DNA from: Piromyces finnis finn
Lineage: Eukaryota; Fungi; Neocallimastigomycota
DNA: 64,000 nucleotides
Direction of reading: 5' to 3'
NCBI GenBank assembly: GCA_002104945.1
Contig: MCFH01000094.1
Coordinates: 53,836 to 117,835 of the forward strand
Every line of letters starts with the position of its first letter. Positions within the stretch are counted from its first letter, which is position 1. Positions 37,237 through 50,200 of this stretch are shown one piece after another. Position numbers and translations under genes: made by a program. Under the pieces are notes generated by a model. The model did not search any database and was not told the DNA's origin. It worked only from the letters and a program-made list of their open reading frames with translations.

Positions 37237-38026
37237 TGTAAAAGTATAAAATTTAAAACAGATTTTATACTTAAAACAAAACAATTTTTATTAACACAAA
37301 AATAAAAAAATAAAACATTAAATTTTTATTTAAAAAAAAACATTTTTATTTAAACTCTTAAAAATATTATTAACTATATAATAGTTAATAATTAAAAAAT
37401 TGAAAATAACAATTACATCGATTTAACAAATAAAAATTACATGTATTTATATTTTTTCATAATTATATTTTAATATATTATTCTATTTAAATAAACATAT
37501 ATTTAATATAAAATAAACAAAACTAATTTAATTAAATAATAAAATAACAGAACTAAACTAAACTAATTCATTATACTTTTAATTCAATTTGAGTAAACTC
37601 AAAATTGAATAAAGCCCATGTATTTTCTATAAATTAATTTAATATTATCAATACTATTCTTAATATATTTCCTATTGAAATATAAATAAATCTATTTTTA
37701 AAACTAAGTTAAAATTATTAAACTATTCTAAATTTAAATAAAAAAGTATAATCTATTCTAAAATTAAATAAAAAGTATTTGAAAAATATTTTAATTATTT
37801 AAAATATTTGAAATATTTAAATTTAATTAAAATTCTTTTATTCCTTAAACTTAAATATTTATCTTAATTTAAATTTAACGGAATTATTATAAAATAATTT
37901 ATTATTAAATTATTCCATAAAATTTACTCAAAAATTTTATAATCAGTTTTACTAAATATTAATTTATTATTTAATAATTAATAATTAATTATTAAATAAT
38001 CTAAAGATATATATTATATCTTTACA

Positions 38027-38990
38027 TAATCTATTTCTTTGTTAATTTCTAATCTTTATTTTATCCCTTATTTTATAGTTGTTTTTATTCATCATACTTT
38101 GCTGAGCTAATCTTCTACTTTTCCAATAATTTATTGTCTTTAACGTTTTACTGGCAGCTTGTTTTTCTCATTTTAAAAACCTTTCCATTAATAATTCTTC
38201 TATTGATCTTTCTTTTATTATTAATATTGAATTTCTTATATTGATGTCAATTGGAATATTATCTGATCTTCCATACAATAGTTCAAAACTTGAATAACCA
38301 GTAGACACAGATTTACAAATTCGGATAGCCCATAATGCAATTGGTAGCAATACATTCCAGTTTTCATTGTTATCAGAGAAATTTCTTAATTGCTTGCCAA
38401 TTTTTCTGTTCCTATTTTCAATCAGTCCATTATATTCCGGATGGTATGCAATAATAAAATGAATATATACGTCATATAGGTCTACAAATATTTTTGTATA
38501 TTCAGAAACAAATTGTACATCATTATCTGTCATTATTAATTGTGGAATTTCATGCCTGCTGAACACTTCAACTAAAAAATTAGTTACATCTTGAGAGGTA
38601 GTAGTTCTAACTGGTTTTTCTTCTACCCACTTTTTAAAATAATCTACGCGTATCATTATATATTTGTTTCCAAGTGTAGTTTCTTTTAATGGACCTATAA
38701 TATCAAAACCAAGTCTAACAAAAGGAGCTTTGACAGGTGTTCTAAATTTTTCCGTTGGTTTTGGTAGTAGTTTCAGTTTGTTTAATTGATAGATTTTGCA
38801 TAAGGAGACATATTTTTTTACATCAATAATTAAACTTTTCCAATAATATTTATTCTTGTTCCTTTCATATGTTTTTTGTACTCCTTCGTGTTCTGTTCTA
38901 TATTCCTTTGCAATTATCTTGGTATTGTATAAGGATCGTCAATAATCTCTCAAAAATTATTATTATCTTTGAAATATAGTTTATTGTCAA
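38027..38990 (-). pseudogene. Gypsy integrase relic (HHCC region and core), includes ORF 38168-38656
   Basis: HRTEHEGVQKTY...YYW, FDIIGPL, DYFKKWVE, IMTDND, YHPEYNGLIENRN; stops and frameshifts present. Confidence 0.85.
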
Positions 38991-38996
38991 TAATGG

Positions 38997-39720
38997 TGTA
39001 AAGATATAAAATATATCTTTAAATTATTTAATAATTAATTAATAATTATTAAATAATAATTTTGATATTTTAATGAAAAATTATTTATAAAATTTATTAT
39101 ATAAATTTTATGGAATAATTAAATAAAGATTAATTTTAAAATATCAAAGTTAGAAATGAAAATTGGATAAATATTTAAATTAATGGATAATTAAATTTAA
39201 ATATTTTAAATATTCAAATTAAATCTTAAAAAGTTTTTATTTAATTAAAATTAGTTTAATAACTTTAGTGTAGTTTTAAATTAGCAATTTTTAATAGTAA
39301 ATATATAATAAATAGTATTATTAATATTTAATTAATATATAGGTAATACATGGACTGTATTCAATTTGTAGTTTATTCAAAGTGTATTTAATTAGTTTTA
39401 GTTTAGTTTTATTATTTAATTATTTAATTATTTAATTAAATTAGTATTAAATTAGTTTTGTTTATTTTATATTGAATATATGTATAATTAAATAGAATAG
39501 TATATTAAAATATAATTTACAAAAAAAATAAATACATGTAAAATTTCTTGATTAAAACAATGTAATTGTTGTTGGCTATTATTTAGTTAATAACTAAATA
39601 AATTTAATAAAAGAGATATTTTTAAATAATTTATTTTTTGTTTCTTTTTTGTTTATTTTGTGTTTATTGTTTTATTGTAAAAAATTTTATAATCTGCTTT
39701 GATATATAAAACCTTTTACA
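38997..39720. mobile_element. L-related solo LTR (diverged)
   Basis: TGTAAAGATA...CCTTTTACA; similar to L LTRs in the opposite orientation; no TSD. Confidence 0.7.
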
Positions 39721-40187
39721 AGAAAATAAAAATAAAATGATTTTTATATTTGTTCATTTTGCAAGTGTTAGTTAGTTTTATAGAATAAGATTTATTTTAT
39801 TTAATTATAAAATTATATCATTATTTAATAACTCTAGTATTATTAAATAAAAAATATTGTATATTTTATATTCTAATTTTTCAGGGATTATTAGTAACCC
39901 TTTTAAAAATAAGTTTTATTATAAAATCATTTTTTGAATTTAATATTTAAAAATATATATCTAATTTTTCGCTCTAGATTATTAGGACAATTTTAAAAAG
40001 AACATTTTTTATTACTATTTATACAAAATTATTATTTTAAAGTATAACTATAAACAAATATAAACTATTTAATTTAAAAAGAAATAAACAATTAAATAAA
40101 CAAAAAGTTTACATTTATAATTTTTAATTTAATAGTTTTATACATGTTAAATATTTTAATTTTTATCTGTATTTTAATTATTGTTAT
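39721..40187. mobile_element. Partial family D repeat
   Basis: Colinear with 40690-41110. Confidence 0.6.
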
Positions 40188-40583
40188 TGTAACGAGAACT
40201 AGTGAGAACCACTAGGTTGTTGTAGGAAATAATAATAAATAAAACAAATAAATAAAAACACAAAATTAAATAAACAACACTATTTAAGATTTTATATTAT
40301 TTTATTTATTATTATTCAATGTTAATAATAGCTCAAAGAGCATAAAATAAAAATAATACATGGTTATTTATATTCGTTAATTCTAATTCTATAATACATG
40401 ATTGGATTTTACATTAATGTAAAATTTATCTATTCTATAATTGTTCATACATTTAATTCATATATAATTTATCTAATTATTCATTTAATTAAAATATAAA
40501 TTATAAAAAGTAAATAATAGAACTCGAACCAGTGACATAATCCATACTAAACCAGAACCAGGTACCACCGAGCTATCTTAGTA
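40188..40583 (-). mobile_element. Small solo LTR, family Q, with tRNA-like A/B boxes at one end
   Basis: TGTAACG start; other end TA rather than CA; TSD GTTAT (40183-40187 and 40584-40588); minus strand shows A box TAGCTCGGTGG, B box GGTTCGAGTTC, then CCAAT and TATAAA. Confidence 0.55.
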
Positions 40584-40597
40584 GTTATAATAATTGT

Positions 40598-41010
40598 TGA
40601 TACAATAGAAAATATTATCTTAATTCTATAAATGAATATAGAACGTGATAATATTTGTATCTAAAATTTAATAAATAAAAATAAATAAGAAAATAAAAAT
40701 AGAATAAATGATTTTTATACTTGTTCATTTGCAAGTCTTTGTTAGTTTAAAATATAAAATTATTTTATTTGATTATAAAGTTTTAATATTTAATAACCCT
40801 TGTATTATTAAATATATATATATTATTGTTTAATACATCTTGAATGTATGTAAATATAATCACAACTATTATTTTAATAAAATTTAATATTATTATCTAA
40901 TTTTACTGGATTATTAGGAACATCTTTTAAAATAAAGTAATTCTATCACTATTTATACAAAATTATTATTTTAAAGTATAATTATAAAAAAATATAAATT
41001 ATTTAATTTA

Positions 41011-41041
<31 letters not shown>

Positions 41042-41115
41042 TTTACATTTATAATTTTTAATTTAATAATTTTATACAAGTTAATTATTTTAGTTTTTAA
41101 CTATCTGTGTTTTAA

Positions 41116-41181
<66 letters not shown>

Positions 41182-41213
41182 TACTATTACTTTACTATTA
41201 CTATTACTATTAC

Positions 41214-41286
<73 letters not shown>

Positions 41287-41318
41287 AATTCATAATTTAT
41301 AAATTTAATTATTTATCA
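40598..41318. mobile_element. Family D solo LTR with internal (ATT)n expansion at 41116-41285
   Basis: TGATACA...ATTTATCA termini. Confidence 0.72.
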
Positions 41319-41319
41319 T

Positions 41320-41786
41320 TGTAAAAGGTTTATTATAAATTAGTTAATAAGTTATCACTATCTAGTTAATTAAGATAGTTATTACCTCTCTATACGAGTT
41401 AATAACTAAATAAAGTTTTATAAAAAATAATAAAAGAAATAAAATAAATATATAAATATTATTAGGAAATAAATCTACTTAATAATTATTTGTTAATTAT
41501 ATCTTTTATTTATTTATTATAATTATTATACATTATTTATTATTATAGCTATTAATTTACTCTAATACTAACGCTAAAATATTTAACGTTAGTTTATGCT
41601 ATACTATTTAACTATAGTAGTTTATTTCCTTTACCACTTGATTGGGTAGAGCAAATAAACTTTCTATTTAATTAATAACCATTAATATATGGTTATGCAT
41701 ATATCTGGCCAATAAATGATAACCAGAATATATGGTTTCAATTGAAATATTTGTGGGCAAACTTATGGCCACAAATATTTCTTACA
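41320..41786. mobile_element. Solo LTR, family I
   Basis: TGTAAAAGG...TTTCTTACA; flanks ATCAT/ATAAT (4 of 5). Confidence 0.85.
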
Positions 41787-42121
41787 ATAATATTGATAAA
41801 TAATTAAATTTATAAATTATAAATTAATAAAAATCATAATAATAATAACAATAATTAAAATACAGATAAAAATTAAAATATTTAACATGTATAAAATTAT
41901 TAAATTAAAAATTATAAATGTAAACTTTTTGTTTATTTAATTGTTTACTTATTTTTAAATTAAATAGTTTATATTTGTTTATAATTATACTTTAAAATGA
42001 TAATTTTGTATACATTCATTTTAAAAGATGTTCCTAATAATCCGTCAAAATTAGATATATTATATTAAATTTAATAAATGGTTACTAATTATCCAAAAGA
42101 GAAAAATTAGACATTTATTTT

Positions 42122-42489
42122 TGTAACGAAATATTATAATAATAAACACACACACTCTAATGTATCAAATATATGTATTTTTTTTAATAATGTTTATTTA
42201 TTAAATTTATTATTATAATACGACTAACTCGCTAGGTCAGTGTATTATCAAACTAAAGACGAAACAAAAAAAACTAATTTTTATTAATTATTAATAAAAA
42301 CACTAAAGAACTATTTTATCTTTCTTATTCTCTCTTTTATACATGAAAATTATTTTTTTTTTTAATACAATTTGATAAGTGAATTAATTACTTAATGATT
42401 GGTTATAAAAATATAATTATGAAATTTTCATTAATCTAACCTTAATGATTTTCTAGTCTAACCCTTATCATTAGATATACCTCATTACA
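42122..42489. mobile_element. Small solo LTR, family M
   Basis: TGTAACG...CATTACA; TSD ATTTT. Confidence 0.8.
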
Positions 42490-42739
42490 ATTTTAATAAA
42501 ACAATATTTTTTTATATAACTTCTATGATACATACAAGATGTATTAATTCTTAATTATTTAATAATACGAGAGTTATTAAATAATATTATAATTTTATAA
42601 TTAAATATAATAAACTTTATATTTTTAAAAATTAACTAATACTTGCAAATGAACAAGTATAAAAATCATTTATTTTATTTTCTTATTTTTTTTAGATACA
42701 AATATTATCACTTTCTATATTTTACTATAGAAAGTGATA

Positions 42740-43761
42740 TGTCACGAATACTAGTGAAATCTACAATTTCAAGATCACTTGAAATTGTGAAATTACTTAT
42801 GAAATTTTCAAAATCAATAATATTTTAGCTTCAAATAAATTATAAAATTATATTAAGAGATATTCAAAAAATTTAGAAAAGATTAAGATATGACCTTTAC
42901 CCTTAATAATTTTTATAATAAATAACTTTAACCCTTATCGTCAAAATTGAATAAGGAAAAAAGTGCGTATCTCCTCAACGAATGACGATTTTTGATAATT
43001 GTGTTTTGAGAAATTATGGGTTCATTAGAAAGCCACGCTCGAGAACTACAACATATGTTAATACGAGCATGATATCTCTGCTGTTTCATGAGATATTAAA
43101 ATTTAAAGATATTTTGTTAGTAATGATTAATTGTTTATTCAGAGAATGATCACCTCTGATGTATCAAACATAAAGCATTCACTCAAAGGATAAAAATTAT
43201 TGTTTTAATTAAATTAAAATTATTTTCCGGAATTAACTTTATTTTATAACTATTATTTCAATAACATAACTTATAATCTCTGAATTAAAAGATTATAATT
43301 ATTAATATTATATTCAATGAATTATATTAGAATTAAATAATAATTAATATTATAAATATTATTAACAATACTTAAACTTAATAATTAAGATTAAGCCTTA
43401 AGTTTAACTTTAATATTATAAAATATATTATGAATATAATCATGTATTAAAAAGTTATTTTATTATTAAATTACAAATAGTATAAATAGTTTAGAATAGT
43501 TTTATGAAATTAAATCTTTGTAAAGATTATTATCTTATTAATACTTAATAAGTATTACTATTAAATAATCTTATTATTATATATATTCTTTAAATAAAAT
43601 AAAAAGAAATTATTTTAACCATAATACATAATTTAATTATTCATTTATAAAACAATTAAGATTATTTTAATAAAACATTTTTTTCTAACCTAGTTATCTT
43701 TTAATCTTTTATTTAATTTAATATTTTAATATTAAATCATAAGTTTAGTAAAACTTTTACA
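42740..43761. mobile_element. Solo LTR, family B
   Basis: TGTCACGAAT...CTTTTACA; TSD TGATA. Confidence 0.9.
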
Positions 43762-44340
43762 TGATAATATTCGTATCTAAAAAAAAATAAGAAAATAAAA
43801 TAAATGATTTTTATACTTGTTCATTTGCAAGTATTAGTTAATTTTTAAAAATATAAAGTTTATTATATTTAATTATAAAATTATAATATTATTTAATAAC
43901 TCTCGTATTATTAAATAATTAAGAATTAATACATCTTGTATGTATCATAGAAGTTATATAAAAAAAATATTGTTTTATTAAAATAAATATCTAATTTTTC
44001 TCTTTTGGATAATTAGTAAACATTTATTAAATTTAATATAATATATCTAATTTTGACGGATTATTAGGAACATCTTTTAAAATGAATGTATACAAAATTA
44101 TCATTTTAAAGTATAATTATAAACAAATATAAACTATTTAATTTAAAAATAAGTAAACAATTAAATAAACAAAAAGTTTACATTTATAATTTTTAATTTA
44201 ATAATTTTATACATGTTAAATATTTTAATTTTTATCTGTGTTTAAATTATTGTTATTAATATTATGATTTTTATTAATTTATAATTTATAAATTTAATTA
44301 TTTATCAATATTTTATATCGTTACAGTTATTATTACTATT

Positions 44341-45719
44341 TGTAAAGTGGGCTAGGGTTGATATGTATCTTGGTCAGAATGTTTTGATATAATACAACTT
44401 AATCTAAAATAAAATATTAAACTTGTTTATTTTTAGCCTTTTCTTTAAAACTTATTAAAGAATTTTAAATAATACTAATTTAAAAATTAAATAGGTTTGT
44501 ATATTTAAAATAAAAATTTTAATATAATTTAATTATGAAATTTATTTATTAATCATTTATTTATGAAAATAATATTTATTAAGTTATATTATAGATTATT
44601 ATTAATTAATAAATTAATTAATAATCTTACAAAGAATTTCAAAAATGATTTTAATTCTTTGTTTAAATACTTTTTCTTACAATTAATAAAATTACATTGA
44701 TATTAATATTGATATTAATAATAAAGATAAAAATAAAATAATTTTAAATTAAAATATTAATAATTGATATTGATATTAATAATATGAATTCATATGATAG
44801 ATCTTAGGATTAATCTTTTAAATTACTTTTAAATAAAAAGTATTGTTTTAACCATTTTAAATTGTAAATATTTAATATTATAAATTGAGAATAACAATTG
44901 CTGATACTAATTATGTATTATCATGATTAATTAATTAATAATTATAACTAATGATTTTTGATCCAAAGGCTTTTTGGTTTGATTATGATTGAGGTTATTA
45001 ATCAAAATTATTTGAAAAATTATTAATTAATTTTTATAATTGATTAGATTTGATATCAAGAATATTTATTATCTAACCTTATTTAATAATAATGGAGAAT
45101 TTTTAAATTGAATTATTTATAGAAAGTTGGATGACTTGAATAATGACTTTAATTATATAAATTAATATTGATCATTTTAATATATATTATTATATATTTA
45201 TTGGAACTAATTAATTCTTTAAATAGCTATATCTCAAGAACTAGTGGTCTAAATTAGCTGAAAATTTGTGAGAATATAGATCTCGACTAGTACTTTCTAA
45301 TAAAATTAATTTGAAGTCTCTAGAAAATGAAAATAGGACGCGAGATTTAGAAGTTATCACTAGTTTCGTATAGTTCATTTTCTTCTCAAGGGTTAATTTA
45401 TTGAAAATTATATTTTTGTGATCCTTAACCCTTTTCAATATTAAATTTTTCAAGTGATCTTTTAATTATTTTTAAAAGTATTTTATAATTTTTGAAATAT
45501 AAATTTGATTTTTAAATTGTTTATTTAAATATAATTTATTTTTTAATCGTCTTCTATTCTTGACATTCTTATTTGTTAAATCACGCAGATTCGGGTTAGG
45601 TTTGGATTAATTAACTAGGTCGGGAATGGTTATAAACTAATAATAATAGAAACTAATTTTCTTAATTATCCGGTTATTGGATGAAATTATATGCAATGGA
45701 TTTATTAACTAAAATGACA
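44341..45719. mobile_element. LTR-like repeat, family G (right end uncertain)
   Basis: Starts TGTAAAGTGGG; inverted copy of ~18780-20042. Confidence 0.7.
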
Positions 45720-45981
45720 CTTTAATTTCAAATTTCATTAAAATAAAATTAAGTTTAAATCAACTTTTATTTATAAAATTAGGGAAATCTAATGTAATAT
45801 ATTAATCTTTACTATTATTAATTTATCTAATTAAAATTAATAATCTTACTACTGATCAACATTTAACTAAACTACTCTATTTATACTAATTTCACAAAAT
45901 TACAATTTTTACATAATTAATTCACATGGTTATTTTATTAATATTAATTAATTAATTTTTGTAACTATGATTTTTATAAAC

Positions 45982-46411
45982 TGTCACGAGTAATAATAGT
46001 TATTAATATAATATATTATTATTTTAAGTCATGAGTTTAAATAACTTCTCACAACTTTTATCATCTGATTACTAATTTAGTAATTAATAATTAAATTTAT
46101 TATTAATAGTAATACTTAAACCAATATCTAAAAGTTTAGAAAAATTTTTATTAATTTTAAGTGTGAAATTTTTAATATTTAATTTATATTAAATTCCCTT
46201 TAATTGGTCATAAGTATCTCAACTTTTTGGAATATTGATGATTTAAATGTACCAAAAGATAGCTTAGGCCTTTAGCTTTCTAATGTTCATAATATCATCA
46301 AAGTAATTTGATTTTTCCAGTAATTTTCTTGGGTTTCGTAATTCACACTTTATTCAAGGGTTAGGTGTTTCACATCTATGGGATTATCTAAATCCACTTA
46401 GATTCGTGACA
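45982..46411. mobile_element. Solo LTR-like element, family S
   Basis: TGTCACGA...TCGTGACA 8-bp inverted termini resembling the B terminus; no TSD match. Confidence 0.55.
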
Positions 46412-47289
46412 TTATTATTATTATTATTATTAATTTATAATTCATAAATTTTGTAAAATATTCTAAACTAAGTTCAGGTTTGTATACACTCAATATTCTA
46501 AACTACACTCTAAATTATTTTTAATTTTTTATATTTTATTTATTAAATTATTTTAAAATAACTAAACTAAAACAACCGTTGATTACTTTACCGTGAAGGA
46601 TATTTTACCAGAGCCCTCACTAGGTAATCAATTTATTTTATTTAAAACTAAAATTATTAATCTAAACTATAAACTAATGTTAATTTATCTATACTAAATT
46701 AACCTATACGATTTTCCAACTATCGTTTCAATAGTTGAAAAATTTTCTTTATTTATACTTTTTAAATAAATTGAATAAATTCTAATATACATGTTTTAAT
46801 ATTATAATTTTACATTGTTTATATTTATACATTTATTAAAAGAAATTATTTGTATTAAACTATTTAAATTCAATTTATTTACTAAAGAATTTTCTAAACT
46901 TAAAATAAAGTTTTGATTTATTTACTATATGGTTGATTATATTTCAAACATATATTTAATTTATTTATTTCTAATTTTGAGGCTTAGTTTATAAAAAAAA
47001 TTTTTTCTTATCTAAAATATTCATTGGTTAAAAAGTATTTAATTTAAAAAATTTATTTTATCATCAAAAACTTTATCTTATCATAAAATTAAATTTACAT
47101 AAATTTATGTTAATGTATTGTAATACATTATTTTATCGTAACTTTAGATTTCACATAGATTTATGTTAATGTATTGTGATATAAATTTTGTAAAGATTTA
47201 CGGTACATTAATTCAATACATTGTACATTATTTTAAATACGTATTAAATACATTATTCTATTAATACAATATTTTACATGCCCCTCTTC

Positions 47290-50200
47290 TTAAGTCGAGC
47301 CCCTGAGCGACTTATGTTTAAGGTATTCCTGGATCAACTGAGGGTCTTCGATTTCATCTTCTCTAAGCCATGTACTTTCTGAAGGTAATAAACTTTTCCA
47401 AACCATAAAGTAGTACTTGGTTCCATTAACAACTTTTTCACTAACAATTTTCAATGGAATTCTTCCTTCAGTAGAATCAGTAGCAATGTTTGGAATTCTA
47501 GAAGTTGATTCATTCACTTCAACTTCTCTTTCAACAAAAGGTTCTAAATTCGAAATGTGAAAAACGGGATGACATCTTAAACTTTCTGGTAGTTCCAATT
47601 TATAAGAAACAGGTCCTGTTTTCTCAATAATCTTAAATGGTCCAAGTTTCTTATTTGTTAATTTTGGAGGTCCTTTAGGAAGTAAGTCAGGACGCTTTAA
47701 CCAAACTAAGTCACCAACCTTTAACTTAGGTCCAATAAGTCTAATACAATCGGCATACTTCTTATATCTTTCCTTGGCTTTTTCTAAGTTCTTCTTTAAA
47801 AATTTAATATTATCTTGCATCTGAGAGGCGTGCCTGTTAGCTCTTCTATTGTCGCTATCAGCAGGAATTTCGGTACTAAATCTTGGATTTTGCCCATAAT
47901 TTGCAAAGAATGGTGTTTGATTTATGGATTGCTGAAGTGTATTATTATACGCAAATTCAGCATAAGGCAAAAGGTTCATCCAGTTATCTTTTCTTTTGTT
48001 AATATAACATCTAAGAAATTGTTCTAAAATACTATTTACACGTTCAGTCTGCCCGTCTGTTTGAGGATGATGAGCACTCGAGATATTGTGCTTTATGTTC
48101 AACAAAGTGCATAATCTTTGCCAAAATTCTGAAGTAAACTGGGTTCCTCGATCCGATATTATTTCATCAGGTAGACCATGTAAACGAAAAACTTCTCTAA
48201 AGAAAACATCAGCAGCAATTTGAGCAGTAGGAATCATTCTAAACGGAATAAAATGAGCCATCTTCGTTAATCTATCCACAACAACCATTATAACTGTTTT
48301 TTCCTTTGACTTTGGCAAATCAGTTATAAAATCCATAGAAACAGAAGACCACGGTCTTTCAGGAGTTGGTAGCGGCTGTAAAAGTCCATAAGGTCTATGA
48401 CGATCAACCTTAGCAGCTCCACAAACTTTACAAGAAGCAATAAACTTAACTATATCTTGAGTCATGTTTATCCAAACAAAGTTTCTTGTAATTAATTCTT
48501 TTGTTTTGATAATACCAAAATGACCATGAATTGGATTATCATGATGCATTGAGATTATTATATCTCTCATTTTCTTTGGTACATAAATTAAACTTTTATA
48601 CAAAAGAATTCCTTCTTCGCTTAACTTAAAATTCTTCATTAACTTCTTATACTTCTTATTTGCGGTAGATTTTCCTTGTAGTATTTTTATTAACTCTTTA
48701 ATTTCTTCATCTTCTTTAATTTCTTTAATTAAATCTTCTTTAAGATTTCCTCGAATAGACACAAGACATAAAGTGTCTTCAATTTCTTTGACTGTCAAAC
48801 AGGAATAAGCTTCTTCATCTTCTTTATTAATTTTTTCCTTTTCATAATCAGGGCGTCTTGAAAAAGCATCAGGTTTTCCACCTTCTTTACCCGGTCTATA
48901 TTGTATTTTGAAGTCATAACGTGTTAAGAACAAATTCCATCGAATTTGTCTTTGCGATAATAATTCGGGCTTCCTTGGAAAAGTAAGATTTTTATGATCT
49001 GTGTAGATCATAAATTGATGCTTAGCTCCTTCTAAGTAATGTCTCCATTGTTTCAAAGCTTCAATAACAGCCAAAAGTTCTTTATCATAAATTGGGTAGT
49101 TCTTTTCCGATTTAGTCAATCCTCTTGAATAATAACAAATTGGATGAAGCTCGTTATTATCCGGTAATCTTTGAGATAATACGGCACCGATTGCAAAATT
49201 ACTTGCATCTGTCTCAACCACAAAAGGTAATTCAGGATCAGCATGAATTAAAATTGGTTCCTCGGTAAAGAATTTCTTTAATATACAAAAAGCTTCATTA
49301 CATTCTTCTGGCCAATGAAAATTGACATCTTTCTTAGTTAGATTATGTAACGGTTTAGCAATACTAGCAAAGTTTGGAATAAATCTTCTATAATAATTAC
49401 ATAATCCGATAAATGATTGCACTTCTTTAACAGATGTTGGTACAGGCCATTCCATAATAGCTTTAACCTTCTTTGGATCCATAGAGATTCCTTTATCTGA
49501 GATAACATGCCCTAAGAAAGTAGTTTCTGAAGTTTCAAATTCGCATTTACTAAGTTTTGCATATAAACCATTTTCTTTTAATCTTTGAAGAACTTTCTTT
49601 ACGTGCTTTCGATGTTCTTCTAAGTTTTTCGAATAGATAAGAATATCATCAATATAAGAAAAAGCGAATTCATCCAAGTATTCCCCGAGAACATCATTGA
49701 TAAAATGTTGGAAAGTTGCAGGAGCGTTTTTTAATCCAAACGGCATGACAAGATATTCAAAGTGACCAAATCTTGTCCTAAATGCAGTTTTATATTCATC
49801 ACCTTCATTTATTCGAACTAGATTATAAGCAGACTTGAGATCAAGTTTAGTAAAAACTTTGGCTTCTCTTAATCTATCGAATAATTCAGATATGAGAGGT
49901 AGTGGATATGAATCCCTGATTGTGTTTTCATTGAGTCTTCGGTAATCAACACACAATCTTAAAGTTCCATCCTTTTTCCTAACAAATAGCACAGGTGCTC
50001 CAGCAGGTGAAGTAGACGGTCTTATAAATCCTTTTTCTAGATTTTCAGAAATATACTCCTTTAGCGTATTCCTTTCTTCTTCTGTTAGAGGGTATAAAGG
50101 ACCATAAAATAAGTTATCTTTATCTTTCAATCTTATTTTACAATCGTATATTCGATGTGGAGGTAGTTCATTACACTCAACTTCATCAAATACATTTTCA

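Larger units (their letters stand above)
26656..38026 (-). mobile_element. Non-autonomous LTR retrotransposon L (about 6.2 kb without nested K)
   Basis: Two 790-bp LTRs (26656-27445 and 37237-38026) with no difference seen by eye; TSD TAATC; PPT AAAGGGCGAGA next to the 3' LTR; PBS 37226-37236; decayed pol inside. Confidence 0.92.
41788..44312. repeat. Large inverted duplication of a family D copy, interrupted by M and B
   Basis: Left arm (41788-~42720, minus M) is nearly the reverse complement of the right arm (~42728-42739 plus 43767-44312). Confidence 0.8.
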
